A stretch of DNA of 63,970 bases, filler included, from Raillietiella orientalis (GCA_036172245.1; 9 parts of 9 records of this genome joined end to end with filler, not necessarily neighbours in it); one strand, 5' to 3'; numbered from the whole stretch's first letter, positions 1 to 14,842 are shown. Numbers and translations are program-made. The notes: a model not told the origin generated them from the letters alone.

Positions 1-3000
1 TCCCCGAAGCGTCCATTTGCAGCGAGCGGCAAATTCGTGTCATGGATAGCTGCACATACGTACATTTGACTGGGTTCAGAAGAACATTGGGAGGAGTGCG
101 TCCTTTCCTTAGGGTGGGGCACTTTGGACTCTGTTTCGTTTTCATGGTTACCAGTGTCGGAATTAGAAATGGAATGTTTTCCTTCTCTTTGAATCATTAT
201 GTGGACCGAATTTGGACGTTTCAGGGTTTGTAATCAATTCGAAATCAGTAGATGACACCTTTGCACTTTTGCGCCTCTCTCCGAAGCGTCCATTTGCAGC
301 GAGCGGCAAATTCGTGTCATGGAAAGCTGCACACACGTACATTTGACTGGGTTCAGAAGAACATTGAGAAAAGTGCGTCCTTTCCATAGGGTGGGGCACT
401 TTAACTCTGTTTCGTTTTCATGGTTACCAGTGTCGTAATTAGAAAGGGAATGTTTTACTTCTCTTTCAATCAATATGTGTACTGAATTTGGACGTTTAAA
501 GGTTTGTAATCAATTCGAAATTAGCAGATGACACCTTTGCACTTTTGCGCGTCTCCCCGAAGCGTCCATTTGCAGCGAGCGGCAAATTCGTGTCACGGAT
601 AGCTGCACATACGTACATTTGACTGGGTTCAGAAGAACATTGAGAGGAGTGCGTCCTTTCCTTAGGGTGGGGCACTTTGGATTCTGTTTCGTTTTCATGG
701 TTACCAGTGTCGTAATTAGACAGTTAATGTTTTCCTTCTCTTTGATTCATTATGTGGACCGAAGTTGGACGTTTCAGGGTTTGTAATCGATTCGAAATCA
801 GCAGATGACACGTTTGCACTTTTGCGCCTCTCCCCGAAGCGTCCATTTGCAGCGAGCGGCAAATTCGTGTCATGGATAGCTGCACATACGTACATTTGAC
901 TGGGTTCAGAAGAACATTGAGAGGAGTGCGTCCTTTCCTTAGGGTGGGGCACTTTGGACTCTGTTTCGTTTTCATGGTTACCAGTGTCGGAATTAGACAG
1001 TTAATGTTTTCCTTCTCTTTGATTCATTATGTGAACCGAATTTGGAAGTTTCAGGGTTGGTAATCAATTCGAAATCAGCAGATGACACCTTTGCACTTTT
1101 GCGCCTCTCTCCGAAGCGTCCATTTGCAGCGAGCGGCAAATTCGTGTCATGGAAAGCTGCACACACGTACATTTGACTGGGTTCAGAAGAACATTGAGAA
1201 AAGTGCGTCCTTTCCATAGGGTGGGGCACTTAAACTCTGTTCCGTTTTCATGGTTACCAGTGTCGTAATTAGAAAGGGAATGTTTTACTTCTCTTTCAAT
1301 CAATATGTGTACTGAATTTGGACGTTTAAAGGTTTGTAATCAATTCGAAATTAGCAGATGACACCTTTGCACTTTTGCGCGTCTCCCCGAAGCGTCCATT
1401 TGCAGCGAGCGGCAAATTCGTGTCACGGATAGCTGCACATACGTACATTTGACTGGGTTCAGAAGAACATTGAGAGGAGTGCGTCCTTTCCTTAGGGTGG
1501 GGCACTTTGGATTCTGTTTCGTTTTCATGGTTACCAGTGTCGTAATTAGAAAGGGAATGTTTTCCTTCTCTTTGAATCATTATGTGGACCGAATTTGGAA
1601 GTTTCAGGGTTTGTAATCAATTCGAAATAAGCAGATGACACCTTTGCACTTTTGCGCCTCTCCCCGAAGCGTCCATTTGCAGGGAGCGGCAAATTCGTGT
1701 CATGGATAGCTGCACATACGTACATTTGACTGGGTTCAGAAGAACATTGAGAAAAGTGCGTCCTTTCCATAGGGTGGGGCACTTTGGACTCTGTTTCGTT
1801 TTCATGGTTACCAGTGTCGTAATTAGAAAGGGAATGTTTTCCTTCTCTTTGAATCATTATGTGGACCGAATTTGGAAGTTTCAGGGTTTGTAATCAATTC
1901 GAAATCAGCAGATGACACCTTTGCACTTTTGCGCCTCTCTCCGAAGCGTCCATTTGCAGCGAGCGGCAAATTCGTGTCATGGATAGCTGCACATACGTAC
2001 ATTTGACTGGGTTCAGAAGAACATTGAGAGGAGTGCGTCCTTTCCTTAGGGTGGGGCACTTTGGACTCTGTTTCGTTTTCATGGTTACCAGTGTCGGAAT
2101 TAGAAATGGAATGTTTTCCTTCTCTTTGATTCATTATGTGGACCGAATTTGGACGTTTCAGGGTTTGTAATCAATTCGAAATAAGCAGATGACACCTTTG
2201 CACTTTTGCGCCTCTCTCCGAAGCGTCCATTTGCAGCGAGCGGCAAATTCGTGTCATGGAAAGCTGCACACACGTACATTTGACTGGGTTCAGAAGAACA
2301 TTGAGAAAAGTGCGTCCTTTCCATAGGGTGGGGCACTTTAACTCTGTTTCGTTTTCATGGTTACCAGTGTCGTAATTAGAAAGGGAATGTTTTACTTCTC
2401 TTTCAATCAATATGTGTACTGAATTTGGACGTTTAAAGGTTTGTAATCAATTCGAAATTAGCAGATGACACCTTTGCACTTTTGCGCGTCTCCCCGAAGC
2501 GTCCATTTGCAGCGAGCGGCAAATTCGTGTCACGGATAGCTGCACATACGTACATTTGACTGGGTTCAGAGGAACATTGAGAGGAGTGCGTCCTTTCCTT
2601 AGGGTGGGGCACTTTGGATTCTGTTTCGTTTTCATGGTTACCAGTGTCGTAATTAGACAGTTAATGTTTTCCTTCTCTTTGATTCATTATGTGGACCGAA
2701 GTTGGACGTTTCAGGGTTTGTAATCGATTCGAAATCAGCAGATGACACGTTTGCACTTTTGCGCCTCTCCCCGAAGCGTCCATTTGCAGCGAGCGGCAAA
2801 TTCGTGTCATGGATAGCTGCACATACGTTCATTTGACTGGGTTCAGAAGAACATTGAGAGGAGTGCGTCCTTTCCTTAAAGTGGGGCACTTTGGACTCTC
2901 TTTCGTTTTCATGGTTACCAGTGTCGGAATTAGACAGTTAATGTTTTCCTTCTCTTTGATTCATTATGTGAACCGAATTTGGAAGTTTCAGGGTTTGTAA

Positions 3001-6000
3001 TCAATTCGAAATCAGCAGATGACACCTTTGCACTTTTGCGCCTCTCTCCGAAGCGTCCATTTGCAGCGAGCGGCAAATTCGTGTCATGGAAAGCTGCACA
3101 CACGTACATTTGACTGGGTTCAGAAGAACATTGAGAAAAGTGCGTCCTTTCCATAGGGTGGGGCACTTTAACTCTGTTTCGTTTTCATGGTTACCAGTGT
3201 CGTAATTAGAAAGGGAATGTTTTACTTCTCTTTCAATCAATATGTGTACTGAATTTGGACGTTTAAAGGTTTGTAATCAATTCGAAATTAGCAGATGACA
3301 CCTTTGCACTTTTGCGCGTCTCCCCGAAGCGTCCATTTGCAGCGAGCGGCAAATTCGTGTCACGGATAGCTGCACATACGTACATTTGACTGGGTTCAGA
3401 AGAACATTGAGAGGAGTGCGTCCTTTCCTTAGGGTGGGGCACTTTGGATTCTGTTTCGTTTTCATGGTTACCAGTGTCGTAATTAGAAAGGGAATGTTTT
3501 CCTTCTCTTTGAATCATTATGTGGACCGAATTTGGAAGTTTCAGGGTTTGTAATCAATTCGAAATAAGCAGATGACACCTTTGCACTTTTGCGCCTCTCC
3601 CCGGAGCGTCCATTTGCAGGGAGCGGCAAATTCGTGTCATGGATAGCTGCACATACGTACATTTGACTGGGTTCAGAAGAACATTGAGAAAAGTGCGTCC
3701 TTTCCATAGGGTGGGACACTTTGGACTCTGTTTCGTTTTCATGGTTACCAGTGTCGTAATTACAAAGGGAATGTTTTACTTCTACTTGAATCATTATGTG
3801 GACCGAATTTAGACGTTTAAAGGTTTGTAATCAATTCGAAATCAGCAGATGACACCTTTGTACTTTTGCGCCTCTCTCCGAAGCGTCCATTTGCAGCTTG
3901 CGGCAAATTCGTGTCATGGAAAGCTGCTCACACGTTCATTTGACTGGGTTCAGAAGAACATTGACAGGAGTGCGTCCTTTCCATAGGGTGGGGCACTTTG
4001 GACTCTGTTTCGTTTTCATGGTTACCAGTGTCGGAATTAGACAGTTAATGTTTTCCTTCTCTTTGATTCATTATGTGAACCGAATTTGGAAGTTACAGGG
4101 TTTGTAATCAATTCGAAAGCAGCAGATGACACCTTTGCACTTTTGCGCCTCTCTCCGAAGCGTCCATTTGCAGCGACCGGCAAATTCGTGTCATGGAAAG
4201 CTGCACACACGTACATTTGACTGGGTTCAGAAGAACATTGAGAGGAGTGCGTCCTTTCCTTAGGGTGGGGCACTTTGGACTCTGTTTCGTTTCCATGGTT
4301 ACCAGTGTCGGAATTAGAAATGGAAAGTTTTCCTTCTCTGTGATTCATTATGTTGACCGAATTTGGACGTTTCAGGGTTTGTAATCAATTCGAAATAAGC
4401 AGATGACACCTTTGCACTTTTGCGCCTCTCTCCGAAGCGTCCATTTGCAGCGAGCGGCAAATTCGTGTCATGGAAAGCTGCACATACTTACATTTGACTG
4501 GGTTCAGAAGAACATTGAGAGAAGTGCGTCCTTTCCTTAAAGTGGGGCACTTTGGACTCTCTTTCGTTTTCATGGTTACCAGTGTCGGAATTAGAAATGG
4601 AATGTTTTCCTTCTCTTTGAATCATTATGTGGACCGAATTTGGAAGTTTCAGGGTTTGTAATCAATTCGAAGTAAGCAGATGACACCTTTGCACTTTTGC
4701 GCCTCTCCCCGAAGCGTCCATTTGCAGCGAGCGGCAAATTCGTGTCATGGATAGCTGCACATACGTACATTTGACTGGGTTCAGAAGAACATTGAGAGGA
4801 GTGCGTCCTTTCCTTAGGGTGGGGCACTTTGGACTCTGTTTCGTTTTCATGGTTACCAGTGTCGTAATTAGAAAGGGAATGTTTTCCTTCTACTTGAATC
4901 ATTATGTGGACCGAATTTGGACGTTTAAAGGTTTGTAATCAATTCGAAATCAGCAGATGACACCTTTGCACTTTTGCGCCTCTCTCCGAAGCGTCCATTT
5001 GCAGCGAGCGGCAAATTCGTGTCATGGAAAGCTGCACACACGTACATTTGACTGGGTTCAGAAGAACATTGAGAGGAGTGCGTCCTTTCCTTAGGGTGGG
5101 GCACTTTGGACTCTGTTTCGTTTTCATGAATTAGAAAGGGAATGTTTTCCTTCTCTTTGAATCATTATGTGGACCGAATTTGGACGTTTCAGGGTTTGTA
5201 ATCAATTCGAAATCAGCAGATGACACCTTTGCACTTTTGCGCCTCTCTCCGAAGCGTCCATTTGCAGCGAGCGGCAAATTCGTGTCATGGAAAGCTGCAC
5301 ACACGTACATTTGACTGGGTTCAGAAGAACATTGAGAAAAGTGCGTCCTTTCCATAGGGTGGGGCACTTTAACTCTGTTTCGTTTTCATGGTTACCAGTG
5401 TCGTAATTAGAAAGGGAATGTTTTACTTCTCTTTGAATCATTATGTGGACCGAATTTGGACGTTTCAGGGTTTGTAATCAATTCGAAATAAGCAGATGAC
5501 ACCTTTGCACTTTTGCGCCTCTCCCCGAAGCGTCCATTTGCAGCGAGCGGCAAATTCGTGTCATGGATAGCTGCACATACGTACATTTGACTGGGTTCAG
5601 AAGAACATTGAGAGGAGTGCGTCCTTTCCTTAGGGTGGGGCACTTTGGATTCTGTTTCGTTTTCATGGTTACCAGTGTCGTAATTAGAAAGGGAATGTTT
5701 TCCTTCTCTTTGAATCATTATGTGGACCGAATTTGGAAGTTTCAGGGTTTGTAATCAATTCGAAATAAGCAGATGACACCTTTGCACTTTTGCGCCTCTC
5801 CCCGGAGCGTCCATTTGCAGGGAGCGGCAAATTCGTGTCATGGATAGCTGCACATACGTACATTTGACTGGGTTCAGAAGAACATTGAGAAAAGTGCGTC
5901 CTTTCCATAGGGTGGGACACTTTGGACTCTGTTTCGTTTTCATGGTTACCAGTGTCGTAATTACAAAGGGAATGTTTTACTTCTACTTGAATCATTATGT

Positions 6001-7460
6001 GGACCGAATTTAGACGTTTAAAGGTTTGTAATCAATTCGAAATCAGCAGATGACACCTTTGTACTTTTGCGCCTCTCTCCGAAGCGTCCATTTGCAGCTT
6101 GCGGCAAATTCGTGTCATGGAAAGCTGCTCACACGTTCATTTGACTGGGTTCAGAAGAACATTGACAGGAGTGCGTCCTTTCCATAGGGTGGGGCACTTT
6201 GGACTCTGTTTCGTTTTCATGGTTACCAGTGTCGGAATTAGACAGTTAATGTTTTCCTTCTCTTTGATTCATTATGTGAACCGAATTTGGAAGTTACAGG
6301 GTTTGTAATCAATTCGAAAGCAGCAGATGACACCTTTGCACTTTTGCGCCTCTCTCCGAAGCGTCCATTTGCAGCGACCGGCAAATTCGTGTCATGGAAA
6401 GCTGCACACACGTACATTTGACTGGGTTCAGAAGAACATTGAGAGGAGTGCGTCCTTTCCTTAGGGTGGGGCACTTTGGACTCTGTTTCGTTTCCATGGT
6501 TACCAGTGTCGGAATTAGAAATGGAAAGTTTTCCTTCTCTGTGATTCATTATGTTGACCGAATTTGGACGTTTCAGGGTTTGTAATCAATTCGAAATAAG
6601 CAGATGACACCTTTGCACTTTTGCGCCTCTCTCCGAAGCGTCCATTTGCAGCGAGCGGCAAATTCGTGTCATGGAAAGCTGCACATACTTACATTTGACT
6701 GGGTTCAGAAGAACATTGAGAGGAGTGCGTCCTTTCCTTAAAGTGGGGCACTTTGGACTCTCTTTCGTTTTCATGGTTACCAGTGTCGGAATTAGAAATG
6801 GAATGTTTTCCTTCTCTTTGAATCATTATGTGGACCGAATTTGGAAGTTTCAGGGTTTGTAATCAATTCGAAGTAAGCAGATGACACCTTTGCACTTTTG
6901 CGCCTCTCCCCGAAGCGTCCATTTGCAGGGAGCGGCAAATTCGTGTCATGGATAGCTGCACATACGTACATTTGACTGGGTTCAGAAGAACATTGAGAAA
7001 AGTGCGTCCTTTCCATAGGGTGGGACACTTTGGACTCTGTTTCGTTTTCATGGTTACCAGTGTCGTAATTACAAAGGGAATGTTTTACTTCTACTTGAAT
7101 CATTATGTGGACCAATTTTGGACGTTTAAAGGTTTGTAATCAATTCGAAATCAGCAGATGACACCTTTGCACTTTTGCGCCTCTCTCCGAAGCGTCCATT
7201 TGCAGCTTGCGGCAAATTCGTGTCATGGAAAGCTGCTCACACGTACATTTGACTGGGTTCAGAAGAACATTGAGAGGAGTGCGTCCTTTCCATAGGGTGG
7301 GGCACTTTGTACTCTGTTTCGTTTTCATGGTTACCAGTGTCGGAATTAGACAGTTAATGTTTTCCTTCTCTTTGATTCATTATGTGAACCGAATTTGGAC
7401 GTTTCAGGGTTTGTAATCGATTCGAAATCAGCAGATGACACGTTTGCACTTTTGCGCCTC
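1..7460. repeat. Tandem satellite array, 277-bp monomer (subfamily A1), ~27 copies
   Basis: The motif ggttaccagtgtcg..attagaaa and identical short ORFs recur every 276-277 bp across the whole contig. Higher-order periods of 830, 1937 and 2201 bp are visible. Confidence 0.97.
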
Positions 7461-7560
7461 NNNNNNNNNNNNNNNNNNNNNNNNNNNNNNNNNNNNNNNN
7501 NNNNTTAATTAATTAANNNNNNNNNNNNNNNNNNNNNNNNNNNNNNNNNNNNNNNNNNNN
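7461..7560. other. Artificial contig linker (N44-TTAATTAATTAA-N44)
   Basis: Six-frame stop spacer. The same linker occurs at 14843-14942, 22162-22261, 29480-29579, 36773-36872, 44010-44109, 51155-51254 and 58208-58307. Lengths of the complete contigs fall monotonically (7282, 7219, 7218, 7193, 7137, 7045, 6953), consistent with concatenated unplaced contigs. Confidence 0.99.
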
Positions 7561-10500
7561 ATACGATGTATTCGACATTATGGAAATTGATTTGAAATCA
7601 CGAAACACTGCAAATTTGCACTGAAAAAAGGAAGATGGAGGGAAAAAAAGTTCATCTGTGCATTGCAAAAATGGTTGCCATGAAAACCAGACTAAGTCCA
7701 ATCCTCCCCTTTTGAATTTAGTTCGTTTCTCGTATGATTTCTTCTCGTGGAGCAAAGGATGCGGAGGATGTGGGGATGTGATAAAGGTGCATTTGCATCC
7801 AAAAACGAAGGAATCCGTTCGGATGCTCCGAAGGAGCCGAACGATGTATTCGACATTATGGAAATTGATTTGAAATCACGAAACACTGCAAATTTGCACA
7901 GAAAAAAGGAAGATGGAGGGAAAAAAAGTTCATCTGTGCATTGCAAAAATGGTTGCCATGATAACCACACTAGCACCAATCCTCCCCTCTTGAATTTAGT
8001 TCGTTTCTCGTATGATTTCTTCTCGTGGAGCAAAGGATGCGGAGGAAGTGGGGATGTGATAATGGTGCATTTGCATCCTGAGGGGAAGGAAACCGTTCGG
8101 ATGCTCGGAAGGAGCCGAACGATGTATTCGACATTATGGAAATTGATTTGAAATCACGAAACACTGCAAATTTGCACAGAAAAAAGGAAGATGGAGGGAA
8201 AAAAAGTTCATCTGTGCATTGCAAAAATGGTTGATATGATAACCAGACTAAGTCCAATCCTCCCTTTTTGAATTCAGTTTGGTTGTCGTATGATTTCTTC
8301 TCGTGGAGCAAAGGATGCAGAGGAAGTGGGGATGTGATAAAGGTGCATTTGCATCCTGAGGGGAAGGAAACCGTTCGGATGCTCGGAAGGAGCCGAACGA
8401 TGTATTCGACATTATGGAAATTGATTTGAAATCACGAAACACTGCAAATTTGCACTGAAAAAAGGAAGATGAAGGGAAAAAAAGTTCATCTCTGCATTGC
8501 AAAAATGGTTGCCATGAAAAGCAGACTAAGTCCAATCCTCCCCTCTTGAATTTAGTTCGTTTCTCGTATGATTTCTTCTCGTGGAGCAAAGGATGCGGAG
8601 GATGTGGGGATGTGATAAAGGTGCATTTGCATCCAAAAAGGAAGGAATCCGTTCGGATGCTCCGAAGGAGCCGAACGATGTATTCGACATTATGGAAATT
8701 GATTTGAAATCACCAAACACTGCAAATTTGCACTGAAAAAGGGAAGATGGAGGGAAAAAAAGTTCATCTGTGCATTGCAAAATGGTTGCCATAAAAAGCA
8801 GAATAAGTCCAATCCTCCCCTCTTGAATTTAGTTCGGTTGTCGAACGATTTCTTCTCGTGGAGCAAAGGATGCGGAGGAAGTGGGGATGTGATAATGGTG
8901 CATTTGCATCCTAAGGGGAAGGAAACCGTTCGGATGCTCGGAAGGAGCCGAACGATGTATTCGACATTATGGAAATTGATTTGAAATCACGAAACACTGC
9001 AGATTTGCACTGAAAAAAGGAAGATGGAGGGAAAAAAACTTGATCTGTGCATTGCAAAAATGGTTGCCATGAAAACCAGACTAAGTCCAATCCTCCCCTC
9101 TTGAATTTAGTTCGTTTCTCGTATGATTTCTTCTCGTGGAGCAAAGGATGCGGAGGAGGTGGGGATGTGATAAAGGTGCATTTGCATCCTAAGTTGAAGG
9201 AAACCGTTCGGATGCTCGGAAGGAGCCGAACGATGTATTCGACATTATGGAAATTGATTTGAAATCACGAAACACTGCAAATTTGCACAGAAAAAAGGAA
9301 GATGGAGGGAAAAAAAGTTCATCTGTGCATTGCAAAAATGGTTGCCATGAAAACCAGACTAAGTCCAATCCTCCCCTCTTGAATTTAGTTCGTTTCTCGT
9401 ATGATTTCTTCTCGTGGAGCAAAGGATGCGGAGGAAGTGGGGATGTGATAATGGTGCATTTGCATCCTGAGGGGAAGGAAACCGTTAGGATGCTCGGAAG
9501 GAGCCGAACGATGTATTCGACATTATGGAAAATGATTTGAAATCAGCAAACACTGCAAATTTGCACTGAAAAAGAAAGATGGAGGGAAAAAAAGTTCAAC
9601 TGTGCATTGTAAAATGGTTGGCATGAAAACCACACTAGCACCAATCCTCCCCTCTTGAATTTAGTTCGTTTCTCGTACGATTTCTTCTCGTGGAGCAAAG
9701 GATGCGGAGGAGGTGGGGATGTGATAAAGGTGCATTTGCATCCTAAGTTGAAGGAAACCGTTAGGATGCTCGGAAGGAGCCGAATGATGTATTCGACATT
9801 ATGGAAAATGATTTGAAATCAGCAAACACTGCAAATTTGGTAATTGAAAAAGAAAGAAGCGAGGGAAAAAAGTTCAACTGTCCTTTGCAAAAATGATTGC
9901 CATGAGAACCAGACTAACACCTGTCCTGCCATCTTGCAATTAGTTCGGTTCTCGTATGATTTCTTCACGTGGAACAAGAGATTCGGAGGAAGTGGGGATG
10001 TGATATAGGTGCCTTTGCATACATGGGGAAAATAATCCGTTCGGATGCTCAAAAGGAGGTTAAAGATGTAATCGACATTATAGAAATTAATTAGATATCA
10101 GCAGACACTGCACATTTGCACTGAAATAAGTTAGATGGAGGGAAAAAATTTGATCTGTACATTGCAATAATGGTTGCTATGAAAACCAGACCAAGTCCAA
10201 TCCTCCTCTTGAATTTAGTTCGTTTCTCGTATGATTTCTTCTCGTGGAGCAAAGGATGCGGAGGAAGTGGGGATGTGATAATGGTGCATTTGCATCCTAA
10301 GGGGAAGGAAACCGTTCGGATGCTCGGAAGGAGCCGAACGATGTATTCGACATTATGGAAATTGATTTGAAATCACGAAACACTGCAAATTTGCACTGAA
10401 AAAAGGAAGATGGAGGGAAAAAAAGTTCATCTGTGCATTGCAAAAATGGTTGCCATGAAAACCAGACTAAGTCCAATCCTCCCCTCTTGAATTTAGTTCG

Positions 10501-13500
10501 TTTCTCGTATGATTTCTTCTCGTGGAGCAAAGGATGCGGAGGATGTGGGGATGTGATAAAGGTGCATTTGCATCCAAAAAGGAAGGAATCCGTTCGGATG
10601 CTCCGAAGGAGCCGAACGATGTATTCGACATTATGGAAATTGATTTGAAATCACCAAACACTGCAAATTTGCACTGAAAAAGGGAAGATGGAGGGAAAAA
10701 AAGTTCATCTGTGCATTGCAAAATGGTTGCCATGAAAAGCAGACTAAGTCCAATCCTCCCCTCTTGAATTTAGTTTGGTTGTCGTATGATTTCTTCTCGT
10801 GGAGCAAAGGATGCGGAGGAAGTGGGGATGTGATAATGGTGCATTTGCATCCTAAGGGGAAGGAAACCGTTCGGATGCTCGGAAGGAGCCGAACGATGTA
10901 TTCGACATTATGGAAATTGATTTGAAATCACGAAACACTGCAAATTTGCACAGAAAAAAGGAATTTACTGAGGGAAAACTTTGATCTCTCAGATTTGGGT
11001 ATGGTTGCCATGAAAACCAGACCAAGTCCAATCCCCTCTTGAATTTAGTTCGTTTCTCGTATGATTTCTTCTCGTGGAGCAAAGGATGCGGAGGATGTGG
11101 GGATGTGATAAAGGTGCATTTGCATCCAAAAAGGAAGGAATATGTTCGGATGCTCCGAAGGAGCCGAACGATGTATTCGACATTATGGAAATTGATTTGA
11201 AATCACCAAACACTGCAAATTTGCACTGAAAAAGGGAAGATGGAGGGAAAAAAAGTTCATCTGTGCATTGCAAAATGGTTGCCATAAAAAGCAGAATAAG
11301 TCCAATCCTCCCCTCTTGAATTTAGTTCGGTTGTCGAACGATTTCTTCTCGTAGAGCAAAGGATGGGGAGGAAGTGGGGATGTGATAAAGGTGCATATGC
11401 ATTCAAATGTGAAGGAATCCTTTCGGATGCTCAGAAGGAGCCGAAGGATGTATTCGCCATTATGGATATTGATTTGAAATCACCGAACACTGCAAATTTG
11501 CACTGAAAAAAGGAAGATGGAGGGAAAAAAACTTGACCTGTGCATTGCAAAAATGGTTGCCATGAAAACCAGACTAAGTCCAATCCTCCCCTCTGGAATT
11601 TAGTTCGTTTCTCGTATGATTTCTTCTCGTGGAGCAAAGGATGCGGAGGAAGTGGGGATGTGATAATGGTGCATTTGCATCCTGAGGGGAAGGAAACCGT
11701 TAGGATGCTCGGAAGGAGCCGAACGATGTATTCGACATTATGGAAAATGATTTGAAATCAGCAAACACTGCAAATTTGCACTGAAAAAGAAAGATGGAGG
11801 GAAAAAAAGTTCAACTGTGCATTGCAAAAATGGTTGCCATGAAAACCAGACTAAGTCCAATCCTCCCCTCGTGAATTTAGTTCGTTTCTCGTATGATTTC
11901 TTCTCGTGGAGCAAAGGATGCGGAGGATGTGGGGATGTGATAATGGTGCATTTGCATCCAAAAAGGAAGGAATCCGTTCGGATGCTCAGAAGGAGCCGAA
12001 AGATGTATTCGACATTATGGAAATTGATTTGAAAGCAACAAACACTGCAAATTTGCACTGAAAAAAGGAAGATGGAGGGAAAAAAGGTTCACCTGTGCAT
12101 TGCAAAAATGGTTGCCATGAAAACCAGACTAACACCAATCCTCCCCTCTTGAATTCAGTTTGGTTGTCGTATGATTTCTTCTCGTGGAGCAAAGGATGCA
12201 GAGGAAGTGGGGATGTGATAAAGGTGCATTTGCATCCTGAGGGGAAGGAAACCGTTCGGATGCTCGGAAGGAGCCGAACGATGTATTCGACATTATGGAA
12301 ATTGATTTGAAATCACGAAACACTGCAAATTTGCACTGAAAAAAGGAAGATGAAGGGAAAAAAAGTTCATCTCTGCATTGCAAAAATGGTTGCCATGAAA
12401 AGCAGACTAAGTCCAATCCTCCCCTCTTGAATTTAGTTCGTTTCTCGTATGATTTCTTCTCGTGGAGCAAAGGATGCGGAGGAAGTGGGGATGTGATAAA
12501 GGTGCATTTGCATCCTAAGGGGAAGGAAACCGTTCGGATGCTCGGAAGGAGCCGAACGATGTATTCGACATTATGGAAATTGATTTGAAATCACGAAACA
12601 CTGCAAATTTGCACAGAAAAAAGGAAGATGGAGGGAAAAAAAGTTCATCTGTGCATTGCAAAAATGGTTGATATGATAACCAGACTAAGTCCAATCCTCC
12701 CTTTTTGAATTCAGCTTGGTTGTCGTATGATTTCTTCTCGTAGAGCAAAGCGATGTGGAAGTGGGGATGTGATAATGGTGCATTTGCATCCTGAGGGGAA
12801 GGAAACCGTTCGGATGCTCCGAAGGAGCCGAACGATGTATTCGACATTATGGAAATTGATTTGAAATCACGAAACACTGCAGATTTGCACTGAAAAAAGG
12901 AAGATGGAGGGAAAAAAACTTGATCTGTGCATTGCAAAAATGGTTGCCATGAAAAGCAGACTAAGTCCAATCCTCCCCTCTTGAATTTAGTTCGTTTCTC
13001 GTATGATTTCTTCTCGTGGAGCAAAGGATGCGGAGGATGTGGGGATGTGATAAAGGTGCATTTGCATCCAAAAAGGAAGGAATCCGTTCGGATGCTCCGA
13101 AGGAGCCGAACGATGTATTCGACATTATGGAAATTGATTTGAAATCACCAAACACTGCAAATTTGCACTGAAAAAGGGAAGATGGAGGGAAAAAAAGTTC
13201 ATCTGTGCATTGCAAAATGGTTGCCATAAAAAGCAGAATAAGTCCAATCCTCCCCTCTTGAATTTAGTTCGGTTGTCGAACGATTTCTTCTCGTGGAGCA
13301 AAGGATGCGGAGGAAGTGGGGATGTGATAATGGTGCATTTGCATCCTAAGGGGAAGGAAACCGTTCGGATGCTCGGAAGGAGCCGAACGATGTATTCGAC
13401 ATTATGGAAATTGATTTGAAATCACGAAACACTGCAGATTTGCACTGAAAAAAGGAAGATGGAGGGAAAAAAACTTGATCTGTGCATTGCAAAAATGGTT

Positions 13501-14842
13501 GCCATGAAAACCAGACTAAGTCCAATCCTCCCCTCTTGAATTTAGTTCGTTTCTCGTATGATTTCTTCGTGGAGCAAAGGATGCGGAGGAAGTAAGGATG
13601 TGATAATGGTGCATTTGCATCCTAAGTTGAAGGAAACCGTTCGGATGCTCGGAAGGAGCCGAAACGATGTATTCGACATTATGGAAATTGATTTGAAATC
13701 ACCAAACACTGCAAATTTGCACAGAAAAAGGAAGATGAAGGGAAAAAAACTTCATCTGTGCATTGCAAAAATGGTTGCCATGAAAACCACACTAAGTCCA
13801 ATCCTCCCTCGAATTTAGTTCGTTTCTCGTATTTTCTTCTCGTGGAGCAAAGGATGCGGAGGAGGTGATGTGATAACGGTACTTGCATCCTGAGGGGAAG
13901 GAAAACAAAAACCGTTAGGATGCTCCGAAGGAGCCGAACGATGTATTCGACATTATGGAAATTGATTTGAAATCACCAAACACTGCAAATTTGCACTGAA
14001 AAAAGGAAGATGGAGGGAAAAAAAGTTCATCTGTGCATTGCAAAAATGGTTGCCATGAAAAGCAGACTAAGTCCAATCCTCCCCTCTTGAATTTAGTTCG
14101 TTTCTCGTATGATTTCTTCTCGTGGAGCAAAGGATGCGGAGGATGTGGGGATGTGATAATGGTGCATTTGCATCCAAAAAGGAAGGAATCCGTTCGGATG
14201 CTCAGAAGGAGCCGAAAGATGTATTCGACATTATGGAAATTGATTTGAAAGCAACAAACACTGCAAATTTGCACTGAAAAAAGGAAGATGGAGGGAAAAA
14301 AGGTTCACCTGTGCATTGCAAAAATGGTTGCCATGAAAACCAGACTAACACCAATCCTCCCCTCTTGAATTCAGTTTGGTTGTCGTATGATTTCTTCTCG
14401 TGGAGCAAAGGATGCAGAGGAAGTGGGGATGTGATAAAGGTGCATTTGCATCCTGAGGGGAAGGAAACCGTTCGGATGCTCGGAAGGAGCCGAACGATGT
14501 ATTCGACATTATGGAAATTGATTTGAAATCACGAAACACTGCAAATTTGCACTGAAAAAAGGAAGATGGAGGGAAAAAAAGTTCATCTGTGCATTGCAAA
14601 AATGGTTGCCATGAAAACCAGACTAAGTCCAATCCTCCCCTCTTGAATTTAGTTCGTTTCTCGTATGATTTCTTCTCGTGGAGCAAAGGATGCGGAGGAA
14701 GTGGGGATGTGATAATGGTGCATTTGCATCCTGAGGGGAAGGAAACCGTTAGGATGCTCGGAAGGAGCCGAACGATGTATTCGACATTATGGAAAATGAT
14801 TTGAAATCAGCAAACACTGCAAATTTGCACTGAAAAAGAAAG
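7561..14842. repeat. Tandem satellite array, 277-278-bp monomer (subfamily B1), ~26 copies
   Basis: The unit cgatgtattcgacattatggaaattgatttgaaatcac...tggttgccatgaaaaccagactaagtccaatcctcccc recurs every ~278 bp. Confidence 0.97.

Noticed and set aside
7505..7516. TTAATTAATTAA motif repeated eight times
   Set aside because: Artificial six-frame-stop linker. Adjacency of satellites and retroelements across linkers has no biological meaning.
13540..13925. Cluster of small indels in two satellite monomers
   Set aside because: The pattern of scattered 1-3-bp losses and a spurious A-rich insert is typical of locally low-quality long-read consensus.
1..14842. Dozens of recurring 60-110-aa ORFs in the 277-278-bp arrays (also 22262-29479, 36873-44009, 51255-58207)
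   Set aside because: Periodicity artefacts. The frame shifts with each monomer and there are no protein motifs.
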